Shown here: one piece after another, positions 35,502-44,465 of the stretch | How the letters are laid out: every line of letters starts with the position of its first letter | How positions within the stretch are numbered: the first letter of the stretch is position 1 | Assembly: GCA_008015155.1 (NCBI GenBank) | Contig: SSFA01000010.1 | Span: forward strand, 9,191-73,190 | Origin: Thiothrix sp. | GTDB taxonomy: Bacteria; Pseudomonadota; Gammaproteobacteria; Thiotrichales; Thiotrichaceae | Length of the DNA stretch: 64,000 nt | Direction: 5' to 3' | Made by a program: the position numbers and the translations under genes | Notes under the pieces: model-generated | Database searches by the model: none | Told to the model about the DNA's origin: nothing | The model's input: only the letters and a program-made list of their open reading frames with translations

Positions 35502-36431
35502 TTAGCAGCGACTTTCAGGGTGGTCGCGGCGATGATTCTGGTAGCGATCACTACCATCCGGACTAGTTTTAAAGCGCCGGTGTGTCCACAGATACTGTTC
35601 GGGGAACTCGCGTACCTGCTGCTCGATAATCTGATTGATTCGGGCAGTGTCAGTATGAACGGATTCACTCGGAAAGTCTTCTAAAGCGGGTAAAAAACGC
35701 AGTAGATAGCCGTTTTCTTTGCGTACTGTGAAGAACGGCACGACTTTAGCCCGCCCTAAAGAAGCCAAACGGCTGGTAGCCGTATTCGTGGCCGCTTCTA
35801 CCCCAAAAAAGGGAATAAATAAGCTGCTTTTCTGGTCAAAATGTTGGTCTTGGGCGTACCAAACTGCAAAACCTTGCTTGAGGCTTTGAATCATGCTGCG
35901 AATATTCGCTCGTGAAATCGTTTGTCCATAACGCATAGCCCGTAAATGAGCCACCTGTTGTTCAATCACTGCATTTTGATGAGGGCGATAAACGACATGT
36001 AAGGGTAGATAGGGAGCTAATAAACGCCCACCTAGCTCAAGACTCGTGAAATGGGCACTGACCAAAATCACACCACCTTGCTGATGAGCATTGCGCAAAT
36101 ATTCTAAGCCTTCGATGAAAGCTAATTGGGTCAAACGTTTTTCGCTCCCCCACCAACTCAAAGCAGTTTCTAATAAACCTTTGCCCATTGAAATGAAATG
36201 CTGGCGATTTAATTCAGTTCGTTCTGCAGCGCTTAGTTCAGGGAACGCGAGTTCCAAATTGACACAAGCAATATAGCGTCGCCGTTTAAGAGTTTTAAAC
36301 ATGAGCCAGCCAAGCTTTTCGCCCAAGCACATCTGAACTCGCCACGGCAACTGTACAAGTAGCCATAAACAGCCTAAACCTAGCCAAGTTAGCCAGTAAC
36401 GGGGGTGGTAAGTTAATAGGTTGTAAGTCAT
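35502..36431 (-). CDS. lpxL: Kdo2-lipid IVA lauroyl/acyl-ACP acyltransferase (LpxL/HtrB family)
   Basis: The N-terminus HPRYWLTWLGLGCLWLLVQLP and the C-terminal EQYLWTHRRFKT match the LpxL pattern. The HFTSLE (Hx4E-like) motif is present. Confidence 0.88.
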   Translation of the reverse strand: MTYNLLTYHPRYWLTWLGLGCLWLLVQLPWRVQMCLGEKLGWLMFKTLKRRRYIACVNLELAFPELSAAERTELNRQHFISMGKGLLETALSWWGSEKRLTQLAFIEGLEYLRNAHQQGGVILVSAHFTSLELGGRLLAPYLPLHVVYRPHQNAVIEQQVAHLRAMRYGQTISRANIRSMIQSLKQGFAVWYAQDQHFDQKSSLFIPFFGVEAATNTATSRLASLGRAKVVPFFTVRKENGYLLRFLPALEDFPSESVHTDTARINQIIEQQVREFPEQYLWTHRRFKTSPDGSDRYQNHRRDHPESRC

Positions 36432-36482
36432 GCCATCAGTTTTATTGCAAAAGGATGGCTATGTTAAACAGTTTAGATGGAT

Positions 36483-36740
36483 TTACCAGTGCCCTTGATC
36501 AGTCAAGCGAAATGGGAGTAAGCCCATGGCTTGGCGGATTGTATTGATTTCGGTGAATGCTTCTAAGTGTTCTGTAGCAAGCTGGAATCGATACCCTTTA
36601 TCGCCAGCTAGTGCTTCAGTATGATCTTGCTTACCCGTCATAATAGCATCTGGGATTTCATGAAAAGCAAGGCAGTCTTGTTCTGGAGAGTTGAGCAAGT
36701 GTTCGCAAAAGGCGCAAACGGGTGGTAATAAGCAACTCAT
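36483..36740 (-). CDS. Hypothetical small Cys-containing protein
   Basis: This 85-aa ORF begins MSCLLPPVCAFCEH. AAGGA lies 9 nt upstream and overlaps the stop codon of the preceding DsrE-like gene. Confidence 0.45.
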   Translation of the reverse strand: MSCLLPPVCAFCEHLLNSPEQDCLAFHEIPDAIMTGKQDHTEALAGDKGYRFQLATEHLEAFTEINTIRQAMGLLPFRLTDQGHW

Positions 36741-36752
36741 TAAATTTTTTCC

Positions 36753-37226
36753 TTAAAAAGTAATGGTACTGCTGTGAGCAGCGTAGTCGAGAATACTGAC
36801 TAGACCGCGTACTTCAATTCCTTGGCGCCGTACTAATACAGCACCATCGGTGAGTGGCAAGCTACACACTTGATCACAGGCTGAGCAAATATAAAGTTTT
36901 CCATCCAATTCTAAGTAAGTATCTATCAATTCATTTAAAGCTGGAAAACCAGCTTGATGAATAGCATCAGCATGTCCCTCATAAGCCCAATGGCTGCCAT
37001 CGCCCACTAAAAATACATAGGTGGGCCTATCAATTGCTAAAGCTGAGCAAGCCGCTGAAAAGGCTAAAGTGGCACGCTTACCGTGGTCTTCTAAACCAGT
37101 TGCCAATACGATCACATAGCTGCGATTGGCTGGTATTGCAGTGGATGGTGATAGCTGAGTGCTGAAAGCAGGGGTGCGCAAGGGTAAGTTTTCAGTATTT
37201 AACAATGATGAATGGGTCATCAACAT
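36753..37226 (-). CDS. DsrE/DsrF/TusD-like sulfur-relay family protein
   Basis: The segment YVIVLATGLEDHGKRATLAFSAACSALAIDRPTYVFLVGDG and the later LYICSAC are characteristic of the DsrE-like fold. Confidence 0.55.
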   Translation of the reverse strand: MLMTHSSLLNTENLPLRTPAFSTQLSPSTAIPANRSYVIVLATGLEDHGKRATLAFSAACSALAIDRPTYVFLVGDGSHWAYEGHADAIHQAGFPALNELIDTYLELDGKLYICSACDQVCSLPLTDGAVLVRRQGIEVRGLVSILDYAAHSSTITF

Positions 37227-37585
37227 GACTAGGTAGCCTTTTAAAATTGATAGCTATTGTGGGTTTGCTTTGGTGTTTTAATGATTTAAAAGTATAGCTT
37301 AGTAGCTAAACCACTTAGTTATCGTTAAGTATGAGAATTCAACCACTGGTCGGATTATTGGCTAATAAGTGGCTCATTAGCTTCTTCAACGGTCATGATG
37401 ATATGAATAATGCCAGTGCGAGTGCCTTGGTATGATGCAAGGATAATCGAGCTACTCACACAGGGCTGGCCCGATGTAAAAATACCGATCCTTTCTTCAG
37501 ATGCTCAAGTCAGGCTTTAGAGTGCTGTCAGTTTTTTAAGCGTTTTAGTCGCAAATAAAGCAAAAAACCTAAGCAGTTTGCTTAA

Positions 37586-37606
37586 GCTATTATTAAGAAT
37601 AATAGC
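37586..37606. promoter_or_regulatory. Perfect 9-3-9 inverted repeat upstream of the 37626 membrane-protein gene
   Basis: The sequence is GCTATTATT-AAG-AATAATAGC. It ends 20 nt before the ATG at 37626. Confidence 0.3.
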
Positions 37607-37625
37607 CAATTAAAAAGGATAAATA

Positions 37626-38405
37626 ATGCGTGTAATATTATTTTTAGTCGGGTTGGTATTGCTAACCCTAGGTATTGGCTTTGCTTTCCGCTTGCCTTGG
37701 GCACTCATGTGTTGGCCTTGGGAGGATGGCAAGCTGTCTTATCTATTTCTAGCCTCTATCTGTGCAAGTACAGCTATACCAGTAATTTGGATTGCTTGGA
37801 CAAAAGAGTATGCAGGTATTAAGGCGGGTGCTTTAGATTTTGCCGTGACCTATGCGGGTTTATTACTGACACTAGTTATCACTTACCCGTTAATCCAAGA
37901 GTGGTTGCCCCCTGTACTAGCCTTTACCTTGTGTACGGCCTCTTTGTTACTAAATCTTTGGCTGTATTGGTGGTCAAAAGAATTGCCTTTTAAATATCAT
38001 GAACCGGTACCTTTACTCATACGCTTTTCATTTATACTTTTTTTAATCGCCTTAGTGATTGTTGGAACCAGTTTAGTTCTGCGTCTGCCTCATATTTTTC
38101 CTTGGCCCTTAAAGCCACAAACTTCAATAGTCTTTGGATGGATTTATCTAGGGGCTGCGATGTATTTCTTATATGGCCTGCTCTACCCAGTATGGGGGAA
38201 TGTAAAGGGACAGTTAGCAGGCTTCTTAGCCTATGATTTGGTTCTAATTTGGCCTTTTATCCAGCACTTGAGCACGGTTAAGTCTGAACATCAGTGGAGT
38301 TTATATATTTATTTATTAGTACTAATTTATAGTGTTTTACTTTCTATTTACTATTTGTTTATTTATCCACCGTCACGCTTATTCTTTAATAGAAAGATTA
38401 CCTAG
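37626..38405 (+). CDS. Hypothetical polytopic membrane protein
   Basis: This 259-aa ORF has about eight hydrophobic helices rich in W, Y and L. I recognise no family. Confidence 0.55.
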   Translation: MRVILFLVGLVLLTLGIGFAFRLPWALMCWPWEDGKLSYLFLASICASTAIPVIWIAWTKEYAGIKAGALDFAVTYAGLLLTLVITYPLIQEWLPPVLAFTLCTASLLLNLWLYWWSKELPFKYHEPVPLLIRFSFILFLIALVIVGTSLVLRLPHIFPWPLKPQTSIVFGWIYLGAAMYFLYGLLYPVWGNVKGQLAGFLAYDLVLIWPFIQHLSTVKSEHQWSLYIYLLVLIYSVLLSIYYLFIYPPSRLFFNRKIT

Positions 38406-41240
38406 ATTTTCTAAGCTTTTTTGAACAAGCGCCAGTGGTGCCTGAGTTAAGGCATGTCTAATTGGATTTAGTGCTAATTGGGCTTCTCCTAGTTTGCCTT
38501 GAGCTTGCAGACTTCGAGCTTTTAAGAGTTGAGCAAGTTGAGTGTAGGTTCGCTCTGCAGATTGTTGCGCTAATTGTTCTAAGGTTTGTGCAGCTCGATA
38601 AGCTTGTTCTGGCTGATATATTTTTAGATAAAATTCAGCCATTCCTTGATACAAAGGTAATTTTAATACCCAATCAATGGCAGTCGTGTTAGTACGTAGA
38701 TACTGTTGAATTTCAATAAGATAGGCTTGAACCGCTGTCAGGTCGCGTTGCTTGGTTTTGAGATGAATGTAAATAATTAAACTAAAAAAGTAAGCACTAG
38801 TTTTGTAGGGTGCTAATTTGGTTTGTTGATAAACAGGTTCTAATAAAGTCGCTGCCTCTAGATACTCACCTTGATGAGTTAAGAGCCACGATTTTTGTAA
38901 GCTCAAATGGACGATCCAATGTGCTTGTGCATTTTTTTCAGCTAAAGCTAAGGCTGAGTTGATCAGTTCTAGCATTTCTAGCCATTGACCTTGATAAAAA
39001 TAAGCCCAAGCTTGAAAGAAAATACTCCCTAAATAGCTATTAGCATCTCCAGCCGTTTTAGCAAAATCTTGGGTCTCTAATGCTATATCTAATGCTTCTG
39101 AGTAGTTAGAGCTAATAATTAAATAATAGATATAGAGTAAAGAGTGTGTGCATTTTAAAAGTGGATCATTAGTTTGGCGTGCTAACTGCATGGCTTGCTG
39201 GTAATCCTGCCCATATTCCACTTGATAGCCTTGAATAATGCTACACCAATGAGCCATTTTGCCACGTACATGAATGTTTAACTCAATATCATTAAACTGT
39301 TGACTGAGTTCCAATGCCTGTTGCCCAGCAACAAGACATTGCTGGCGGTCAATCCAAAACAGTGCACCTGCTAAACCCAAGAGACCCCGTATAGTATGTT
39401 TAGGTGAGAGTTTTTCACTATTGGTAATAAGCTGCTGATAAGCAGGAATCGCTTGAGCCAAATTACCACTAGCTAACAATAGATTACAGCGTTGTTCTAA
39501 GGTTGCAAGCTGACTTAATCGGTCTAATTGTTGAGCTTCTTGGAGTGCTAAAATACGGTCAAGTGACTGGATTGCTTCGACATAGGCAAAGCGTTGACTA
39601 GCGATCTGACTGGCTTGGTGAAGAAAGTGAATGGCTTGGATAAGATCGCCACCTTGCTCAAAATGATAAGCCAACTTAGCCGCAATTTCGGGGCTACGTG
39701 TTTGATAGGCTAGCTGCAAGCGTTTGGCTAGACGTAAATGATAGTGGCGTCGGCGAGCAGCGGATAGAGTTGAATAAATGAAGTCTTGATAGAGCTTGTG
39801 CCGAAAGCGATAGCACTCACCCATCGAACCATCCGGCCAAGTGTACTCACCCGCAGTAATTAACCAAAGTTCTTTGTCTAGCAGTTGTTGGTATTGATCT
39901 TCTAGCGTGAGTATATCCTGCTCTAAAATAGCTGCACAACCTTCTGAGGTACTACGACTAATGGTTATGCTGGCTGCTTGTAATAAATTAATTTCATGAA
40001 GGGTCAAGCTAGCGAATTTAGCTTCTAATAAAGTCTTTAAACCACCTGAAATACATTGTTCTAGCCAATGTATGGAGCTATCTTGGCTGGTCGTATTTTC
40101 CCAGCGCTTTTTAATATGTTCTAGAACAGTAAACACAAATAAGGGTTGACCCTCGGTGTAATGTTGAAATAGCTCTAACGTGGCAGTGTTGAGGAGGGAT
40201 GCTGGTAAATTATGCTGTAGATAAAGCGCTAGATCAGAGGCTGATAGGGCGTTTAGAAGGATAGTGTGTGCACGCTGCCCGACAACTAAATCACCAAGTA
40301 AGGCTTTTAAACGCAGCTGGCTGGCTAAATGCGAGGGTCTTAAACTGCTTAGCAAACTAAAACGCGCTGAATGTTGACGATAAGCCAAGGTAGCTACTAG
40401 CTCTATCGATGCGGCATCACTCCAATGTAAGTCTTCAATCACCCACAGCAGTGGTAAATGCTTGCTAAGCTGTTCAATAAACTCCGCAAACTCACGTAAT
40501 AGGCGTCCGGCAGTAGCACCGAAAGGCTCTTGCTGATTGGCTACCTCTGATCGATATCTGCTAGGTAATTGTAATAACCAAACAGGTGCATGTTGTTTTA
40601 ATAGACTCAATACGAGTTCTTGCTGTGGGCTATTTAATAGTTCTAATAAGCCATCAAGAAAGGGCTGGTAAGCTTCACTTTGACCATATTGATCTAAACA
40701 TTGAGTTTTAATGATGAGCTGCGGTGCAGAGGGCAGAGTCGTAAGCCAATAATTGATGAGGGTCGTTTTTCCAAAACCAGCTTCGGCTTGCACGAAAATA
40801 ATTTGCTTTTGACCCACTAAGCTATTTTGCCAAGCACTTGTTAGTTGTTCCAATGCAAAAGCTCGGCCAGCTAACAAGGTAAACAGAGGAGCTCGTATAG
40901 GCTGCTCCACCAAAGTACTAGCTTTAGTTTGGCTCTCTTCAATAGCGGGTAATAAGCCAATAAACCGATAACCGCGTCGATGTACTGTTTCGATATAACG
41001 TGGCGCTTTCGCATCATCGTCTAAAGCTTTACGCAGTTCGCCAATCGTGACCTTCAAGACCGCATCTGTGACGTAAAGCCCCGGCCAGATGGCTTTTAAT
41101 AGTTCTTCTTTAGTAACAAGTTGCTGAGGACGCTCACGTAAATACACCAAAATCCCAAACGCTTTCGGTGGCAACTGAATCGTGCCCTGACTAGTGTGAA
41201 GCGATTGGTTGGCTGCATCGAAGCGTACGAGATCAGACAT
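38379..41240 (-). CDS. Transcriptional regulator: OmpR/PhoB-type winged-helix DNA-binding domain plus AAA/STAND ATPase plus TPR-like repeats
   Basis: The N-terminal trans_reg_C-like segment reads LPPKAFGILVYLRERPQQLVTKEELLKAIWPG...ETVHRRGYRFIG. The P-loop is AEAGFGKTT and the Walker B is LLWVIEDLHWSD. About 500 aa of helical repeats follow. Confidence 0.8.
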   Translation of the reverse strand: MSDLVRFDAANQSLHTSQGTIQLPPKAFGILVYLRERPQQLVTKEELLKAIWPGLYVTDAVLKVTIGELRKALDDDAKAPRYIETVHRRGYRFIGLLPAIEESQTKASTLVEQPIRAPLFTLLAGRAFALEQLTSAWQNSLVGQKQIIFVQAEAGFGKTTLINYWLTTLPSAPQLIIKTQCLDQYGQSEAYQPFLDGLLELLNSPQQELVLSLLKQHAPVWLLQLPSRYRSEVANQQEPFGATAGRLLREFAEFIEQLSKHLPLLWVIEDLHWSDAASIELVATLAYRQHSARFSLLSSLRPSHLASQLRLKALLGDLVVGQRAHTILLNALSASDLALYLQHNLPASLLNTATLELFQHYTEGQPLFVFTVLEHIKKRWENTTSQDSSIHWLEQCISGGLKTLLEAKFASLTLHEINLLQAASITISRSTSEGCAAILEQDILTLEDQYQQLLDKELWLITAGEYTWPDGSMGECYRFRHKLYQDFIYSTLSAARRRHYHLRLAKRLQLAYQTRSPEIAAKLAYHFEQGGDLIQAIHFLHQASQIASQRFAYVEAIQSLDRILALQEAQQLDRLSQLATLEQRCNLLLASGNLAQAIPAYQQLITNSEKLSPKHTIRGLLGLAGALFWIDRQQCLVAGQQALELSQQFNDIELNIHVRGKMAHWCSIIQGYQVEYGQDYQQAMQLARQTNDPLLKCTHSLLYIYYLIISSNYSEALDIALETQDFAKTAGDANSYLGSIFFQAWAYFYQGQWLEMLELINSALALAEKNAQAHWIVHLSLQKSWLLTHQGEYLEAATLLEPVYQQTKLAPYKTSAYFFSLIIYIHLKTKQRDLTAVQAYLIEIQQYLRTNTTAIDWVLKLPLYQGMAEFYLKIYQPEQAYRAAQTLEQLAQQSAERTYTQLAQLLKARSLQAQGKLGEAQLALNPIRHALTQAPLALVQKSLENLGNLSIKE

Positions 41241-41283
41241 AAACACTCGCGTTTTGGTCAGATTGTTATTGCTTTATAGCAAG

Positions 41284-41300
41284 TTTACCAAAACTTTACC
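41284..41300. promoter_or_regulatory. Direct repeat TTTACC-N5-TTTACC (11-bp period) in the divergent intergenic region
   Basis: TTTACC occurs at 41284-41289 and at 41295-41300. The site lies between the winged-helix regulator start (41240) and the small secreted-protein gene (41446). Confidence 0.3.
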
Positions 41301-41445
41301 GCTTCTTTATGACTGCAAAGGGGTGTTTTCATACACTGATCCCAACAAGACAAGGTTAGCAGTGAATTACTCAAGCCAAGTTAAGTTAAGCCCCAAAGGG
41401 CAATGAACTATCATCAGTTTCAATGAATTGTGAGGGAGTAAGATC

Positions 41446-41718
41446 ATGAAAGCGAAATTAGTAATGGCAGCTTTATTAGGTTCTTTAGTGTTAGGGGCAG
41501 CAGGTAGTGCAGTCGCGTGGAATCCTTGGAGCGCTTGGTATCCTACCAAGTGGGAAGCTGAGCAAGCAGCTGTCTCTAGTTGCAAAGACCATTATGGTTA
41601 TAGTTGTGCAGTCTATGAGTGTCAGAAGCGTTATTATAACTATGCTTATGAATGGCGTTGTGCTGCTAAGCAGGCTTATCAAGCGCCTAACTATAATAGA
41701 CCTCACTCCACTTATTAG
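41446..41718 (+). CDS. Small secreted Cys- and aromatic-rich protein
   Basis: This 90-aa ORF has GGGAG upstream and a signal peptide (MKAKLVMAALLGSLVLGAAGSAVA). The mature part has 4 Cys and many W and Y residues. Confidence 0.6.
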   Translation: MKAKLVMAALLGSLVLGAAGSAVAWNPWSAWYPTKWEAEQAAVSSCKDHYGYSCAVYECQKRYYNYAYEWRCAAKQAYQAPNYNRPHSTY

Positions 41719-41856
41719 GTATTAAAGGCTGAGTAGGTGGTAATTTAGCTACTTACTCGCCTATAAGTTTTGAAAGTATGACTATTCCTCCTTTGCTCTA
41801 GCTCTGCTATAATAGCCGCCTTTTTACTAACCTTAACTACTCTGGAGCTTTGGACG

Positions 41857-42126
41857 ATGTCTCTGAATGCAGAACAGAAAGCGGCAATCGTAGCTGATTA
41901 TCGCCAGTCAGATACTGACACCGGGTCGCCGGAAGTGCAAGTTGCGCTATTAACAGCCAACATTAAGCATTTAACCGAGCACTTTGCGACCCACAAGAAA
42001 GACCACCACTCACGTCGTGGTATGTTGAAAATGGTTAATCAACGTCGCAAATTGCTGGATTACCTCAAAGGTAAAGACCTAGCGCGCTATCAGACGCTGA
42101 TTGAACGCTTAGGTTTGCGTCGCTAA
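41857..42126 (+). CDS. rpsO: 30S ribosomal protein S15
   Basis: This 89-aa ORF shows the canonical S15 sequence ([27 protein letters not shown]). Confidence 0.97.
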   Translation: MSLNAEQKAAIVADYRQSDTDTGSPEVQVALLTANIKHLTEHFATHKKDHHSRRGMLKMVNQRRKLLDYLKGKDLARYQTLIERLGLRR

Positions 42127-42137
42127 GCAGATGCATC

Positions 42138-42170
42138 AAAAACACCGCAATCCTGCGGTGTTTTTGTTTG
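42138..42170 (+). terminator. Rho-independent terminator of rpsO
   Basis: The stem pairs caccgca (42143-42149) with tgcggtg (42154-42160). An A-run and a T-run flank it (aaaaacaccgca atcc tgcggtgttttt). Confidence 0.85.
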
Positions 42171-42210
42171 CGCTACTGAGAATATTTAATCTTGTTGTCG
42201 TCATGCAGGA

Positions 42211-42253
42211 AGGTTGTTTAAAGCTGTTTTGCTGTAAAATATCTTTAAACAGC
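42211..42253 (+). promoter_or_regulatory. Hairpin in the pnp 5' leader (candidate RNase III/PNPase autoregulatory stem)
   Basis: The arm GGUUGUUUAAAG (42211-42222) pairs with CUUUAAACAGCC (42242-42253), giving 12 bp with one G-U pair. It ends 58 nt upstream of the pnp ATG. Confidence 0.4.
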
Positions 42254-42311
42254 CTGCCCGTGACAGTTCGTAATACCCTTACATTTAAAAAAGATAGGCT
42301 GAATAACAGTT

Positions 42312-44399
42312 ATGGCAAAAGTGACTAAAACTTTCCAATATGGTCAACACACCGTTCGTATCGAAACTGGCGAAGTAGCACGCCAAGCTAGCACTGCAGT
42401 GATCATCAGCATGGATGAAACTGTCTTGTTGGTCACCGCAGTCGCGGAAAAACAAGCACGTGAAGGTCGTGATTTCTTCCCACTCACTGTGAATTATCAA
42501 GAAAAATTCTACGCGGCCGGGCGTATTCCGGGTGGTTTCTTCAAGCGTGAAGCGCGTCCAACGGAAGAAGAAACTTTAATTGCACGTTTAATCGACCGCC
42601 CGATTCGCCCTCTATTCCCCGAAGGCTTCACCAATGAAGTGCAAGTCGTTGCTACCGTTATTTCCTTAAATCCAAACGTAGCACCCGATATTCCTGCCAT
42701 GTTAGGCGCCTCTGCTGCCTTAAAAATCTGCGGCATTCCCTTCCAAGGCCCGATTGGTGCAGCGCGCGTTGGCTATGTGAATAACCAATATGTATTAAAT
42801 CCATCGCCAGCTGAATTAGAGAATTCTGCTTTAGACTTAGTCGTAGCGGGTACAAATGATGCTGTCCTAATGGTGGAATCTGAAGCCAAATTACTCAGCG
42901 AAGAAGTTATGTTGGGCGCAGTAGTTTATGGCCATGAGCAAATGCAAGTTGCGATCAATGCCATCAATGAAATGGCGGCTGAGGTAGGTAATCCTGCTTG
43001 GGTATGGTCAGCGCCAGAAGCAAATCAGGCATTAGTGCAAGGTTTGGCCGAAGCAGCAGAGGCGGCTTTAGTGGATGCCTTCCAAATCGCAGACAAGCAA
43101 GAGCGTTATGGACGGGTTGATGAGATTCTAACCGCAGCCAAAGAAAAGTTATTGCCGAAAGAAGAGGGTGCAACGGGCCCAAGCGAAGAAGAACTGCGCG
43201 TTGAATTCAAAAATTTAGAAAAGAAAGTGGTGCGTGGCCGTATTTTAGAAGGTAAACCACGGATTGATGGTCGCGATCTGCAAACTGTGCGTCCAATCAC
43301 TGTGCGTGTCGGTGTCTTGCCACGTACGCATGGTTCGGCTTTATTCACACGTGGCGAAACGCAGGCTTTGGTAGTTGCTACCTTGGGTACTGAGCGTGAT
43401 GCGCAAGTGATTGACGCGATTGCGGGTGAATACAAAGACTCCTTCATGTTCCACTACAATTTCCCTCCGTATAGCGTGGGTGAAGTAGGCATGATTGGTT
43501 CACCCAAGCGTCGTGAAATTGGTCACGGTCGTTTAGCGAAGCGTGGTGTAAAAGCGACTATTCCAGCGATGGAAGATTTTCCATACGTGATTCGTTGTGT
43601 CTCTGAAATTACCGAATCCAATGGTTCCAGCTCAATGGCTAGCGTTTGCGGTAGCTCCTTAGCACTGATGGATGCAGGCGTACCCGTCTCTGAGCCAGTA
43701 GCCGGCATTGCGATGGGCTTGATTAAAGAAGGCGACCGCTTTGCAGTACTGACTGATATCCTCGGTGATGAAGATCATTTAGGCGATATGGATTTCAAGG
43801 TAGCCGGTTCACGTAATGGTATTACAGCGCTCCAAATGGATATCAAAATTAATGGTATCACCCGCGAAATTATGGAACGTGCCTTAGAGCAAGCGAAAGC
43901 GGGGCGTTTATTTATTCTGGGCGAAATGGAAAAAGTGATTGCTGCACCACGTGATCAGTTATCTGATTATGCACCACGCTATGTGACTTTAAAAATTAAC
44001 CCAGAAAAGATTCGTGAAGTGATCGGTAAAGGCGGTGAAACCATTCGCGGTATTACTGAAGCGTCCGGCGCGACGATTGATATCAGTGATGATGGCTTTA
44101 TTAAAATTGCTGCTGTTGATGCAGCCGCTGCGCATAAAGCCAAAGGCATGATCGAAGCGATTACGGCTGAAGTTGAATTAAATAAGGTCTATGAAGGTAA
44201 AGTCGCACGTATTATGGACTTTGGTGCTTTCGTAACCATTCTTCCAGGCAAAGATGGCTTATTGCATATTTCGCAAATTAGCCAAGAGCGTGTAGAAAAA
44301 GTCACTGATTTCGTTAATGTCGGCGATACCGTAAAAGTCAAAGTGATTGAAATTGACCGTCAAGGCCGTATGCGTTTAAGTATGAAAGATGCAGTTTAA
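42312..44399 (+). CDS. pnp: Polyribonucleotide nucleotidyltransferase (PNPase)
   Basis: This 695-aa ORF has two RNase PH domains, a KH domain and an S1 domain. Canonical motifs are present throughout. Confidence 0.98.
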   Translation: MAKVTKTFQYGQHTVRIETGEVARQASTAVIISMDETVLLVTAVAEKQAREGRDFFPLTVNYQEKFYAAGRIPGGFFKREARPTEEETLIARLIDRPIRPLFPEGFTNEVQVVATVISLNPNVAPDIPAMLGASAALKICGIPFQGPIGAARVGYVNNQYVLNPSPAELENSALDLVVAGTNDAVLMVESEAKLLSEEVMLGAVVYGHEQMQVAINAINEMAAEVGNPAWVWSAPEANQALVQGLAEAAEAALVDAFQIADKQERYGRVDEILTAAKEKLLPKEEGATGPSEEELRVEFKNLEKKVVRGRILEGKPRIDGRDLQTVRPITVRVGVLPRTHGSALFTRGETQALVVATLGTERDAQVIDAIAGEYKDSFMFHYNFPPYSVGEVGMIGSPKRREIGHGRLAKRGVKATIPAMEDFPYVIRCVSEITESNGSSSMASVCGSSLALMDAGVPVSEPVAGIAMGLIKEGDRFAVLTDILGDEDHLGDMDFKVAGSRNGITALQMDIKINGITREIMERALEQAKAGRLFILGEMEKVIAAPRDQLSDYAPRYVTLKINPEKIREVIGKGGETIRGITEASGATIDISDDGFIKIAAVDAAAAHKAKGMIEAITAEVELNKVYEGKVARIMDFGAFVTILPGKDGLLHISQISQERVEKVTDFVNVGDTVKVKVIEIDRQGRMRLSMKDAV

Positions 44400-44418
44400 G
44401 TCTTTCATCAACGTATAA

Positions 44419-44450
44419 AAATAAAAGCCCCGATTTGGGGCTTTTATCAT
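44419..44450. terminator. Bidirectional rho-independent terminator (pnp and the convergent 44466-44942 gene)
   Basis: The arm aaaagcccc (44423-44431) pairs with ggggctttt (44437-44445) around a 5-nt loop. T-runs follow the hairpin on both strands. Confidence 0.85.
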
Positions 44451-44465
44451 TGGGGAATGTGCGAA

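Noticed and set aside
37227-37625. A 400-bp gene-free region was examined for a small RNA or a micro-ORF (for example a 34-codon ORF from ATG 37331).
   Set aside because: I could not recognise a known RNA family, a convincing terminator or an RBS-preceded ORF. An Infernal/Rfam scan would be needed.
38379-38405. The membrane-protein gene and the regulator gene overlap by 27 nt at their convergent 3' ends.
   Set aside because: This is most likely a trivial consequence of stop-codon positions. Nothing in the sequence indicates antisense regulation.
41367-41725. Three further small ORFs (41367-41585 minus, 41491-41706 minus, 41507-41725 plus) overlap the 41446-41718 ORF.
   Set aside because: Only 41446-41718 has a Shine-Dalgarno sequence (GGGAG) and a canonical signal peptide. 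The others lack both.
42131-42328. A 65-aa ORF lies in the rpsO-pnp spacer.
   Set aside because: It starts inside the rpsO terminator and runs through the pnp leader hairpin into the pnp start. There is no RBS. The region is better explained as regulatory RNA.
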